Positions 1-9,223 of a DNA stretch of 64,000 nt are shown one piece after another; position 1 is the first letter of the stretch, and each line of letters opens with the position of its first letter. Source of the stretch: Nitrospirota bacterium (GTDB lineage: Bacteria; Nitrospirota; Thermodesulfovibrionia; Thermodesulfovibrionales; UBA9159). The position numbers and the translations under genes are program-made. The notes beneath the pieces are model-generated. The model saw only the letters and a list, made by a program, of their open reading frames with translations. It did no database searches and had not been told where the DNA came from. Where the stretch lies: the NCBI GenBank assembly GCA_963699545.1, contig CAVOUE010000003.1, positions 160,001-224,000 on the forward strand. Direction: 5' to 3'.

Positions 1-29
1 ACCTTTCTTACACCGCCGCGGGAATCATC

Positions 30-1055
30 GTGATGGCCTCGAGTGTGAGTTCCTCCGTTATCCAGCCGGTCTTCGGGTTCCTCTCCGACAAAAAGGAGAA
101 ACCCCTTCTTCTTCCCTTCGGCTGTCTCTGCGCAGGAGCGGGATTTTCTCTTATTCCCCTGTCCTCCTCATATGCCGTCATACTCGCCCTGGTGATCCTG
201 AGCGGACTGGGGGTCGCTTCTTATCACCCCGAAGGCTACCGGACAGCATATTTCTTCACCGGAGAGAGAAAGGCAACGGGGATGTCCATCTTCTCTGTGG
301 GAGGGAATCTCGGGTTTGCCCTCGGTCCCCTCGTCTCCCTCTCCATCATCACCCATGCAGGCTTTTCCTTCCTTCCGGTGGTGATCATTTTTTCCCTTTT
401 CTTCATCGCCGTGCTCACGGTCTTCTGGAAAAGGCTCGCTCTCCCCAGGGCGAAGGAGCAGACGAGAAAGGAAGAAAAGGAAAAGATGCTGAAGGGAACA
501 ACTCTCTCCCTTTCGCTGATCATCGCAGTCGTGGTGATGCGCTCGTGGACCCAGTTCGGGCTCATGACCTACATCCCCTTCTACTTTATCGACTACCTGA
601 AAGGTGACCCTGCCCAGGCGGGAAAGCTTCTCTCGGTCTTCCTCCTTGGCGGCGTCGTGGGCACTCTCGGAGGGTCTCCCCTAGCCGACCGCTGGGGACA
701 TAAGTTCTATTTGACCCTTTCGATGCTCTTCACCGCCCTGATCTTTCCCATGGTCTTTGTCGCCAGTGGGTTCCTCCTGTTCCTGACCGTCGGGGTTCTC
801 GGCATGGTGCTCATCTCGACCTTCACCGTCACGATTGTGATGGCACAGCAACTCCTGCCAAGGAACCTTGGCGTTGCATCCGGCCTGATGGTGGGTTTTG
901 CTATCGGGACAGGAGGGATCGGGGTGACTCTCCTCGGGATTATCGCAGATCATGTCGGAGTACCGGCTGCCCTGAAGGCGATAATCGTCCTCCCCCTCAC
1001 AGGACTTATGCTGAGCATGCTCCTCAGGTATCCTGTGAAAAAAAACGACTCATGA
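30..1055 (+). CDS. MFS transporter, fosmidomycin-resistance (Fsr)-like; probably 5'-truncated by the window edge
   Basis: Multiple hydrophobic helices; QPVFGFLSDK, YHPEG, GGNLGFALGP and LADRWG motifs typical of Fsr-type MFS. Confidence 0.85.
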   Translation: MMASSVSSSVIQPVFGFLSDKKEKPLLLPFGCLCAGAGFSLIPLSSSYAVILALVILSGLGVASYHPEGYRTAYFFTGERKATGMSIFSVGGNLGFALGPLVSLSIITHAGFSFLPVVIIFSLFFIAVLTVFWKRLALPRAKEQTRKEEKEKMLKGTTLSLSLIIAVVVMRSWTQFGLMTYIPFYFIDYLKGDPAQAGKLLSVFLLGGVVGTLGGSPLADRWGHKFYLTLSMLFTALIFPMVFVASGFLLFLTVGVLGMVLISTFTVTIVMAQQLLPRNLGVASGLMVGFAIGTGGIGVTLLGIIADHVGVPAALKAIIVLPLTGLMLSMLLRYPVKKNDS

Positions 1056-1092
1056 GAAAAGAGAAAACATTGTGTTAGAATTTTAGAGCGCG

Positions 1093-2787
1093 ATGAAGAA
1101 AACGTACGGCACAAAAGAGAGCCTCCTGAGAGAACTGGACGAGATGAGGCGAAAGCTCCACGAGATCGAGCAGTGCAGGCGCGACTTCCGGAGTGTGCAG
1201 GAGAAGTATGAAAAGCTCCTGGAGTCTGCTCCCGATGCCCTGGTGTTCGTTAACAGAGAGGCAAAAATCGTGCTGATAAACGCACAGCTTGAAAGGCTCT
1301 TCGGGTACTCGGAAGAAGAACTGGTGGGGAAAGACCTGCACGTCCTGATACCGGAACGGTTCCGCTCAAAGCACCGCGAGCATATGGCAGCGTATTTTTC
1401 CGTCCCCCGCATCCGGCCCATGGGCAGCGGCCTGAAGATCGTCGGCCTGAGAAAGGACGGGACTGAATTCCCCGCCGACATCAGTCTGAGTCCCCTGGAG
1501 AACGGAAGGCGAGTTCCTCGCCACAGGGGCCGTCAGGGACATTTCCGAACGGAAGCGTGCCGAGGAGCTCATCGAGCGGAACTACCATATCCAGCGGGTG
1601 ATCAGCTCGGTCCTCAGGATCTCCCTGGAGCCTGTCCCGGTGGACGAGCAGATGGAACGTGTCCTCAACCTCATCTTCACCATACCGGGCCTTGCCTTGG
1701 AGTCAAAGGGGGCCATCTACCTCGTGGAGGATGAACCGGGGATCCTCGTGCTGAAGGCCCCGCGCAAGGATTCCTTTTCCGGGGAGCTCCCGTGCGAGAG
1801 GATTGCCTTCGGGAAATGTCTCTGCGGCGCGGCAGCATCAACCTGCACCACGGTATTTGCTGACTGCCTTGATGGCCGTCATGAGATCACCGCCGTGAAC
1901 GACTTCCCCCACGGTCACTACTGCGTGCCCATTGTTTCGGGCAATGAGACCCTGGGACTGATCAATGTCTTTGTGAGGGAGGGGCATAAGAGAAGCATTG
2001 GTGAGGAGGAATTCCTCACCAATGTCGCCCATACCCTTGCCGGCGTCATCCGGCGCTCCAGGACAGAACGGGAAAAGGACCGGCTCCGGGAGCAGCTTGC
2101 TCAGTCAGAAAAACTCTCTGCCCTGGGAAGGATCACCGCCAGCGTAGCGGACGAGATCAGGAATCCCCTCACCTCCGTGGGCGGATTTGCCAGGAACTCT
2201 ACAGGAAGATCCCTGACGGCGCCACCGAGAAGGAATATGCTGATTTCATTATCTCCGAGGTGAACCGTCTGGAGAGTATCCTCCACGACGTCCTTGTCTT
2301 TTCACGGGGAGGAGGTCCCCGGAGAAGGGAAAACGACCTTCACGCGATTATCGAAGATGCAGTGAAGCCTTTTGAAGAACGCTGCAGAAGTCTGTCCATA
2401 GTAGTTCAGAGATCATTCGGAGATATTCCCCATTTGAACATCGACAAAGAGCAGGTCCTTGAGGCGGTGAAGAACCTCGTTGCCAACGCGGTTGACGCGA
2501 TGCCGCAGGGCGGGACCCTGAATCTCATCACCGCCGTGGAGACGGTGGAAGAGAAGCCCTACGTCACCGTGAAGATAGGAGATACCGGCCAGGGGATCCC
2601 TGAAGAGACAATGAAAATGATCTTTGAACCTTTCTTCACCACAAAGATCCAGCCAAAGGGAACGGGTCTCGGCCTTCCCATCGCAAAGAAGATCGTGGAA
2701 GATCACGGAGGCCTCATCCTGGTCGAAAGCGCGCCTGGTTCCGGTTCGACCTTCAGCCTTTCTTTCCCGCGCGATATCCCTGCTTAA
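1093..2787 (+). CDS. PAS-GAF sensor histidine kinase, split by two frameshifts (ORFs 1093-1734, 1598-2263, 2260-2787)
   Basis: PAS (LLESAPDA..., [10 protein letters not shown]), GAF ([12 protein letters not shown]), HisKA ([11 protein letters not shown]), HATPase ([25 protein letters not shown]) in consecutive overlapping frames. Confidence 0.85.
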
Positions 2788-2814
2788 GGGATGGGGGCTC
2801 AAGGGAAAATATCC

Positions 2815-2839
2815 GGGGGACAGGAGGTACCTGTCCCCC
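2815..2839. repeat. GGGGGACAGG-N5-CCTGTCCCCC palindrome between convergent genes (REP-like or terminator)
   Basis: Perfect 10-bp inverted repeat read from the sequence. Confidence 0.6.
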
Positions 2840-2850
2840 TTTGGGACCGC

Positions 2851-3108
2851 TTACTGAGCGAGCTTCAGACTCTTCGCTGCTGTTTTGATGTCATCGTCAT
2901 TAAACTTTGCATGCATCTTGGCAGAGGGGCCTTCCTTGACCGCCTTCATAAAATCCGCAGCATTCTTGATGTTCTTTTTTGCCACGATCTTATCCAATGC
3001 CTTGTCGCCCTTGTGGCAGGACGCACACTTATCTTCCGCGGTAAAGCCAAGGGCCGCAACCCCAAGGACGAAAACAAGAGCAACGATGATTGCCGTAACT
3101 CTTTTCAT
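2851..3108 (-). CDS. Small periplasmic monoheme c-type cytochrome
   Basis: Signal peptide, single CASCH heme-binding motif, C-terminal MH as candidate distal ligand; GGAGG RBS. Confidence 0.8.
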   Translation of the reverse strand: MKRVTAIIVALVFVLGVAALGFTAEDKCASCHKGDKALDKIVAKKNIKNAADFMKAVKEGPSAKMHAKFNDDDIKTAAKSLKLAQ

Positions 3109-3219
3109 TCTTTCTCACCTCCTTTCCCATTTAAGCGCCTTCTCGCAGACCCCACCATGGGGCACTGCTTGTGTTCTTCTTGATGGCCTCAGTCGTTGAG
3201 GAGCACACAGCCCCGAACC

Positions 3220-3256
3220 AAAAAATGGCTTACTCCCCGGAAGGGGAGCAAGCCAT
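3220..3256 (-). terminator. Intrinsic terminator downstream of the SWIB-domain gene
   Basis: TGGCTT-ACTCCCC/GGGGAGC-AAGCCA hairpin with A6 tract (U-tract on minus strand). Confidence 0.65.
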
Positions 3257-3290
3257 GGGATAACAGAACGGTCTTCGACTGCCTGGCAGA

Positions 3291-3623
3291 TCAGCTCAGA
3301 TGCTTGCTGACCAGCTTGGTCATCTCGAACATCGTGACGGTCCTCTTTCCTCCGAACACTGCCCTGAGGTTCTCATCGGCATTGATATTTCTCTTGTTCA
3401 CCGCATCCTGTAGCTTGTTCTTCTTGATGTACTGCCAAAGTTTCTTCACCACCTCTGTCCTCGGGATGGGCTTGTTCCCCACAACCTTGGCAAGGGCATC
3501 GCTGATCTTCATCGCTTTCATGAATGCTGGGTTCGGTTTCCTCTTGGCCTTCACGGTCTTCTTCTTTGCTACCTTTTTCACCACCTTCTTTGTCACCTTC
3601 TTTGCGACCTTTTTTGGTGCCAT
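3291..3623 (-). CDS. SWIB/MDM2-domain protein with Lys-rich histone-H1-like N-terminal tail
   Basis: MAPKKVAKKVTKKVVKKVAKKK tail, then PRTEVVKKLWQYIKKNKLQD...NADENL...MFEMTKLVSKHL SWIB signature; start chosen after GGAG RBS. Confidence 0.85.
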   Translation of the reverse strand: MAPKKVAKKVTKKVVKKVAKKKTVKAKRKPNPAFMKAMKISDALAKVVGNKPIPRTEVVKKLWQYIKKNKLQDAVNKRNINADENLRAVFGGKRTVTMFEMTKLVSKHLS

Positions 3624-3814
3624 CTCTCCCTCCTTGTATCGTGAGCATCTCAATGATGCCATTGAGTTCCCTCTGTGCTAACTACATCCTACTAAACATC
3701 TCTCATCTTGTCAACCAATTTTCTTTATCCCCCGGGAATCGTTCCGGCTGCTGAAAAGGACGATCAGCAGTGACAGCCGGTCCTGTGCACCCCGCCCCTG
3801 ACGGATTTGGACGA

Positions 3815-4504
3815 CTACTTGACAGAGATCAGCTCCACCTCAAAGATCAGTGTCGCATTGGGGCCGATAACGCCCCCTGCCCCCTTCTCACCATAGGCAA
3901 GACTCGAAGGGATAACGAGCACCCACTTTGCCTCTTCTTTCATGAGCTGCAATGCCTCGGTCCACCCCGATATGACGCCGTTGACCGGAAAAGTTGCCGG
4001 TTGTCCGCGTTTATACGAACTGTCAAACTCCGAACCATCGATGAACGTCCCGCGGTAATGTACCGTAACAGTGTCTGTTGCCTTCGGCGACTTGCCTGTG
4101 CCCTCAGTGATCACCTTGTACTGCAACCCGCTGGGGAGGGTCTTCACTCCCTCCTTTTTCTTGTTGTCCGCGAGGAACTCCTCCCCCTCTTTCTTGCTCT
4201 TCTCGGCCACCTTCTTTGTTTCCTCAGCCTGCCTTGTCGTCATTTCCTGCCTGAAGGCATTCTTCACGGCAAGCATCTCCTCTTCGCTCATCAGGAGGGC
4301 GCTTCCCGAAAGGGAGTCCTTCAACCCCTGCAAAAGGACATCGGGATCAACATCAACCGCTTGTTTCTTCATGTTGTTCCCGGCCTCTACCCCCATAGTG
4401 TAGCTCAACTTCTCCTTCTGCGTCTTCAGTGTCATCTTCTCTGCAGCGCCTGCCTGGCCAGCCAGAAGAAAAATACCCAGGGCAACGAACCATCCGAATT
4501 TCAT
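3815..4504 (-). CDS. FKBP-type peptidyl-prolyl isomerase (FkpA/Mip-like)
   Basis: Signal peptide, FKBP_N (KLSYTMG), LPSGLQYKV, VHYRGT..FDSSY, VISGWTEAL, AYG..IGPNATLIFEVEL. Confidence 0.95.
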   Translation of the reverse strand: MKFGWFVALGIFLLAGQAGAAEKMTLKTQKEKLSYTMGVEAGNNMKKQAVDVDPDVLLQGLKDSLSGSALLMSEEEMLAVKNAFRQEMTTRQAEETKKVAEKSKKEGEEFLADNKKKEGVKTLPSGLQYKVITEGTGKSPKATDTVTVHYRGTFIDGSEFDSSYKRGQPATFPVNGVISGWTEALQLMKEEAKWVLVIPSSLAYGEKGAGGVIGPNATLIFEVELISVK

Positions 4505-4746
4505 GAAAACTCCTTTCTGATTTCGATATTTCCGACGTGTCCCTGTCGGTTCGCTCATGAGGTATTGTAAATGTTTCCTTCGTGCGATGCAACGCTTTCC
4601 CTGAAAAGTGAGCACTGGGCAAAGGCCCACTTTCCCCGACATTTCACCGAGCCGGCGAGATGCCGGTCTCTCTTCAAGGACGAAAGGGGTCTTGAGAGGA
4701 AAAACGTGCTATACTATTGCTAACAACGTGCAAAGGAGGAATCGTT

Positions 4747-4998
4747 ATGGCAAGAATGGTTACCTATGAGTGTGATGAATGCGGGTGTGAGATCGTCGTC
4801 ACCGAGATGCCGGAAACCGAGTTGACTCCCATCTCCTGCTGCGGCATGGAAGTGACCGAGGTGTCATCTGCGGCCGCGAAGCCGGCGCAGAAGACGGTGA
4901 AAAAGACAGCAAAGAGGGTGGCGAAAAAAGTCGCAAAGAAAAAGGTCGTTTCACGGAAGAAACCGGCCGCAAAAAAGACCGCGAAGAAATCCAGATAG
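4747..4998 (+). CDS. Small protein: desulforedoxin-like CxxC-x18-CC domain plus Lys/Ala-rich histone-H1-like tail
   Basis: YECDECG...SCCGMEV followed by KKTVKKTAKRVAKKVAKKK...; strong AAAGGAGG RBS. Confidence 0.7.
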   Translation: MARMVTYECDECGCEIVVTEMPETELTPISCCGMEVTEVSSAAAKPAQKTVKKTAKRVAKKVAKKKVVSRKKPAAKKTAKKSR

Positions 4999-5150
4999 AC
5001 CGGAAGGCTGCGGAAATACTTTTTCAAAAAAAAAGAAGGCTGCGATCAATATCGTTCTGAGCCGTATTACAGAGGATGGCTCCGAAAGGGAATTGGTCCG
5101 CCCTTCTCATGATCTCTGCCGGGGAACCCGCTCCCTTAATTGCCCCAGGG

Positions 5151-5552
5151 TCAAGGCTTCTTCCGGTAGAAAGAAGATTTGAATTTCTCCGGATGGAACG
5201 GATGCAGCCGGATGACCGTACACCCGGGGAGCTTTTCCTTTATCTGCTCATCCCTTACCCGCTGGTCATATCCCAGGGCGACGATATCGGGAGCAAGGTT
5301 GAGGAGAATAGAGAAGAGGTCCCCTTCCGGATTGCCGAGGACAACCCTGTCGGGGATGCCGGTCTGCTCCACGTTGGACCGCCGGCATTGCTCGTCATGA
5401 TCCGGCTTGATACCCTTTATCTTCAGGACATTTGTGTCCCTGGCGACAATCACGACAAGTTCGCTTCCCAGGGCCTTTGCCTGGTTGAGAAAATCAACAT
5501 GCCCCGGATGAAGATGGTCGAAGGTCCCCGCGCAGACGACCATCATGCCCAT
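5151..5552 (-). CDS. Cytidylyltransferase-family nucleotidyltransferase, FAD synthase (RibL)-like
   Basis: GTFDHLHPGH (HxGH), VIVARD, PDIVALGYDQ, KSS motifs. Confidence 0.75.
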   Translation of the reverse strand: MGMMVVCAGTFDHLHPGHVDFLNQAKALGSELVVIVARDTNVLKIKGIKPDHDEQCRRSNVEQTGIPDRVVLGNPEGDLFSILLNLAPDIVALGYDQRVRDEQIKEKLPGCTVIRLHPFHPEKFKSSFYRKKP

Positions 5553-5705
5553 CCGGATGCTCCCTTCTTTCGGTTATGGTAACGCACGCTTCACCCTATT
5601 GTAGTAGAAAATGGTATAATGACGAAACCTTTATTTTCACTACCCTGTCGCATGCTCTCCGTCAACCGTGAGCGCACGATACGGTGAAAAGAGACGAAGG
5701 AAGCA

Positions 5706-6008
5706 ATGGGAAACAGTGTCAATGATGTCCGTCGGGATGCGGTCCAAAAGATAAGAACCGCAGTGGAGCAGGGGTCTTCGTTTGAGGAGGCATGCTCCCT
5801 GATAGTGGTCAGGGACACCGGATTGAGGGAATCCATCATCAGCGACTCTCTGAAAGCTCTCATTGCCGAGATGCACGTTTCCCGGGGCATTCCCCTAAAA
5901 AACCTTGCCATGAGGCTGCGGGTGTCCCTCAGCCGGTTGTTGAATGCAAAGGAAGGCATGCCGGGAGAGAGCGGAGAAGCCGCGTCTGCAGGATCGCAGG
6001 TCGCATAG
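5706..6008 (+). CDS. Hypothetical protein with C-terminal HTH-like segment; paralog of 7858-8214
   Basis: Shares F..AC..I.V.D.GL...II.D.LK..IAEMH...G.PL....L.V...RLL.A with the 7858 protein. Confidence 0.65.
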   Translation: MGNSVNDVRRDAVQKIRTAVEQGSSFEEACSLIVVRDTGLRESIISDSLKALIAEMHVSRGIPLKNLAMRLRVSLSRLLNAKEGMPGESGEAASAGSQVA

Positions 6009-6038
6009 GGATCACTCCGGGGCAACCGGAAGGAATGG

Positions 6039-7703
6039 TCACCTATTCAAGGAAAAGGCCCGGGCGTATTCGATAACCGCCGCTGCCTGTTCTGCCAGGG
6101 CGGTGGCAAATTCGATCTCATCTTCGTGAAACGTCCTGTGAGCCTTCTTCGTCAGCACCCTGAGAACCCCGATCACGCTTCCCCGGAAAATCATAGGGAT
6201 GACGAGCATGCTCCGTATGCCCTCCTCCTCCGCCTCTTTCCGGTATACGATTCTCGGGTCTGTCCTAACGTCGTAGAGAGCAACGGACTTGCCTTTCAGG
6301 GCATCTGCCACGCCTTTTTCGGCATCCACCGGCCCCTTCTTCAGATACCCTTCGCTCAGCCCGTATGCAGCAACGAGTTCCAGTCTCTTCCGGTGCGTGT
6401 CCAGCAGCCTGATGGTGGCGGCATCGGTATTCATGGCATCGGCAATCCGTCTGACGATAAGGTCCATCACTTCCTGCGCATTCAGCAATGAGCTCGCGGC
6501 CTTTGCAATATCCTGGAGGGCCTTCAGATATTTTGCCTCTTTATATTGCTGTTCGTACATCCTTGCATTCTCTATGGCGGTGCCGCACTGCTCAGCGAGG
6601 GCCGCGGCAAAGTCTGTATCCTGCCGGGTAAAATGTCTCACCTGCGCCGTGAGCAGTCTCAGGATCCCTATGACCCTGCCTCTCGCAATGACCGGAAGGG
6701 TGAGCATGCTCTTGATGCCTTCCTCTTCGGCCTCCTTCCGGTAATGGACCCTCGGGTCCGTGGACACATCGACCATAGCCACAGGCTTCTCATTAAGGGC
6801 CTCCCTGATATTCTCTTCCATATCCACCGGCCCCCTGCCGAGATATCGCTCGCTCAATCCGTAGGCGGCAGCCAGTTCGAGATATTTTCCCGATTCGTCC
6901 AGAAGTCGTATGGTTGCAGCCTTCAGGCCCATGACTTCCGGAAGTGTCCTCACGATCATATCGAGGACTTCCGTGAGCTGAAGAGATGAGCTCACCGCCT
7001 TGCTAACCTTCCGGTAGACCCTGAGATATTCCTTCTCCTTCGAAAGGGTCTTTTCAAAGACCCGGGCATTCACGATGGCAATGGCTGCCTGCTCGGCAAT
7101 GGCAGCCACGAACTTCAGGTCATCCCCTGAATATTCCGTTGGTTCGGACGTATACATCCTGAGCACTCCGATCACCTCATCGCCGAATCGCAACGGGATC
7201 GAAAGGATGCTCCTGATCCCCTCGGCCAGGGCTTCTTCCCGGTACTTTGTATTCTCGTCGGCAGTGATGTCGTATATGGAAACAGGTTTTCCGGCCAGCG
7301 CATCAACAATGCTTCCGTCATAAACCACGGGACCCTTATTGGCATAGCGCTCATTCAGCCCATGGTAGGCCGCGAGCTCGAGCTGGTTTGTTTCCCTGTT
7401 CAGAAGTCTGAGGGAGCTCGCCTTCACGTTCATCACCTTCACCACATTGGTCACAATGAGGTTCAGGACCTCGTCGAGGGCAAGGCTCGCGCTGATGGCC
7501 TTGCAGATGTTCTGATAGCTTTCGAGATAGACCCGTTTGGAGAATATCTTCTCCGCGCATACCGTGCAAATGGAGTGAGTGAACTCGCCGTGTCCCCTCC
7601 TGGTGAGGTAGACCTCCACTTCCTCCCACTTCTCCTGCTCCGTCCGTATCTTCTTGCACCACCCGCAGATGGGTATCAGTCTCTCTCTCTCGTCTCCGCT
7701 CAC
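6039..7703 (-). CDS. Triple-GAF protein with N-terminal CxxC...HxxCxxC Zn-binding-like module, no kinase or cyclase output
   Basis: PICGWCKKIR...HSICTVC, then three repeats of ASSL..VL..IV....A.IRLL...LELAA.YGL...Y..GPV...EGI.S.L..P...VIG.LR...A.A.AEQ. Confidence 0.85.
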   Translation of the reverse strand: MSGDERERLIPICGWCKKIRTEQEKWEEVEVYLTRRGHGEFTHSICTVCAEKIFSKRVYLESYQNICKAISASLALDEVLNLIVTNVVKVMNVKASSLRLLNRETNQLELAAYHGLNERYANKGPVVYDGSIVDALAGKPVSIYDITADENTKYREEALAEGIRSILSIPLRFGDEVIGVLRMYTSEPTEYSGDDLKFVAAIAEQAAIAIVNARVFEKTLSKEKEYLRVYRKVSKAVSSSLQLTEVLDMIVRTLPEVMGLKAATIRLLDESGKYLELAAAYGLSERYLGRGPVDMEENIREALNEKPVAMVDVSTDPRVHYRKEAEEEGIKSMLTLPVIARGRVIGILRLLTAQVRHFTRQDTDFAAALAEQCGTAIENARMYEQQYKEAKYLKALQDIAKAASSLLNAQEVMDLIVRRIADAMNTDAATIRLLDTHRKRLELVAAYGLSEGYLKKGPVDAEKGVADALKGKSVALYDVRTDPRIVYRKEAEEEGIRSMLVIPMIFRGSVIGVLRVLTKKAHRTFHEDEIEFATALAEQAAAVIEYARAFSLNR

Positions 7704-7857
7704 ACAAACCCTCTCCTTCTTCTGCTTTTCCCGCCCTGGTCGCTTCCTTTATTCTTTTCGTGCGCGTCTGTTTCTGTCAAGACGTTTTGTATTAATTCTT
7801 TTAATCCGCCCATTCCCGTGGGGTGCCCGGCAGGTGCCTGATGTGCTATAATGGACT

Positions 7858-8214
7858 ATGTCGGAGAAGGTCAATTACAGGCAGCTCACCGAGGAAGAAG
7901 ACAGCATCTACAAGAGGAGCATCGGGGTCATCAGGTCGAATATCAGCAACGGGGTGAAGTTCGACCTCGCCTGCGAATTCATCACGGTGGATGACAGCGG
8001 ACTGAAGACCCTGATCATTGATGACGCCCTCAAAATAGAGATTGCAGAGATGCACTATGGAACAGGGCTCCCGCTCCTGGACGTGTCAAGAAAGCTCGGC
8101 GTTCCCGTAGAACGACTCTTAAAGGCAACTGCCGAGATGATGGAAGATGTGTTCCATACAGCCGATGAGGTCTCCCGGGAACAGTACGGAGACCCCGGTC
8201 CCCTTGCCCGCTGA
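7858..8214 (+). CDS. Hypothetical protein with C-terminal HTH-like segment; first gene of the grx-FTR unit
   Basis: Paralog of 5706-6008; 7 bp upstream of the glutaredoxin start. Confidence 0.7.
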   Translation: MSEKVNYRQLTEEEDSIYKRSIGVIRSNISNGVKFDLACEFITVDDSGLKTLIIDDALKIEIAEMHYGTGLPLLDVSRKLGVPVERLLKATAEMMEDVFHTADEVSREQYGDPGPLAR

Positions 8215-8221
8215 GGAGGAA

Positions 8222-8485
8222 ATGAAGCGAGTCACCCTCTTCTCCCTGAGCACCTGCGCCGCCTGCAAGAAAGTAAAGAAGTTCCTTGACGATCACACGA
8301 TCCCGCATACGATGATCGAGGTCGATACCCTGGACAGCGGAGAGCAGTGGCTCATGACAAAGGAACTCGCCAAACGCAACCCTCGGGGAACCTATCCCAC
8401 CCTTGTCATAGAGGACGTTATCGAAGGATATGACATCGGGGCCCTGGAGTCAAAGCTCTTGCCGGGAAAGCCCGAAGCATCATAA
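8222..8485 (+). CDS. Glutaredoxin-like protein (CAAC)
   Basis: LSTCAACKKVKKFL, NPRGTYPT cis-Pro loop, IEGYD; GAGGAGG RBS. Confidence 0.85.
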   Translation: MKRVTLFSLSTCAACKKVKKFLDDHTIPHTMIEVDTLDSGEQWLMTKELAKRNPRGTYPTLVIEDVIEGYDIGALESKLLPGKPEAS

Positions 8486-8501
8486 CTGTCCGGGGGAACC
8501 A

Positions 8502-8828
8502 ATGACACCCGAAAAGCTCTATGAGGCCCTTATGCGCTATGCCGGATCTCAGGGCATGGAATTGTATAATGACCGGGATTTTGTATTGGATATTGTCCGC
8601 GGCCTTCTCAGGAACGAAGAACGTTACGGGTACCGGTCCTGTCCGTGCAGGCTCGCCACAGGCATCAAAGAACGTGACGAGGATATCATCTGTCCCTGCA
8701 GCTATAGGGATGATGATGTGAGGGAATACGGGAGCTGTTACTGTTCTCTCTATGTGTCAAGGGATTGGAACGAGGGGAAGATACCGCATGGAGTTGTGCC
8801 GGAGAGACGAGCCCAGAGGAGGGAATGA
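8502..8828 (+). CDS. Ferredoxin:thioredoxin reductase catalytic subunit family
   Basis: GYRSCPCRL, IICPC, GSCYCSLYV Cys motifs. Confidence 0.9.
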   Translation: MTPEKLYEALMRYAGSQGMELYNDRDFVLDIVRGLLRNEERYGYRSCPCRLATGIKERDEDIICPCSYRDDDVREYGSCYCSLYVSRDWNEGKIPHGVVPERRAQRRE

Positions 8829-9223
8829 ACATGAGCGATGAAGAAAAATGTGATCTGAACATCTTTGATGTGCCGGGCCTCAATGACATCAGGCAGAGCC
8901 CCGACATCCTCGAAAAGATCAAATGGGAGGTGACGCCTCAGATGGTGATGGAACCGAGATTCCAGTTAGAGTCGGAAGGCCTGCGGAAACTCAGTGAGAT
9001 ATCCGGATATATGTTTTACATCGAGTCCCAGTGCAATCCCCCGGCGCTCATGCTTCTGAAGGTGGGGAAAACCGATATCGCTTCAACAGTAGGAAAGGTT
9101 GACGAGGTCCCTCAGGAGCTTATCAGAAAGGCGATGGAGAACCCTGTGGACAAACCGGCCAACGGGATGTACGCGATCACAGCCGAGATCAGGGAGTGGC
9201 TGAAAAAGGAGCTGGGGGTTTAG
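8825..9223 (+). CDS. Conserved hypothetical protein, DVU0772-like
   Basis: I.W..TP, FYI....P.L.L, P..LI, YAI...I..WL..EL pattern recalled from the DVU0772 family of sulfate reducers; not verified by search. Confidence 0.5.
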   Translation: MNMSDEEKCDLNIFDVPGLNDIRQSPDILEKIKWEVTPQMVMEPRFQLESEGLRKLSEISGYMFYIESQCNPPALMLLKVGKTDIASTVGKVDEVPQELIRKAMENPVDKPANGMYAITAEIREWLKKELGV

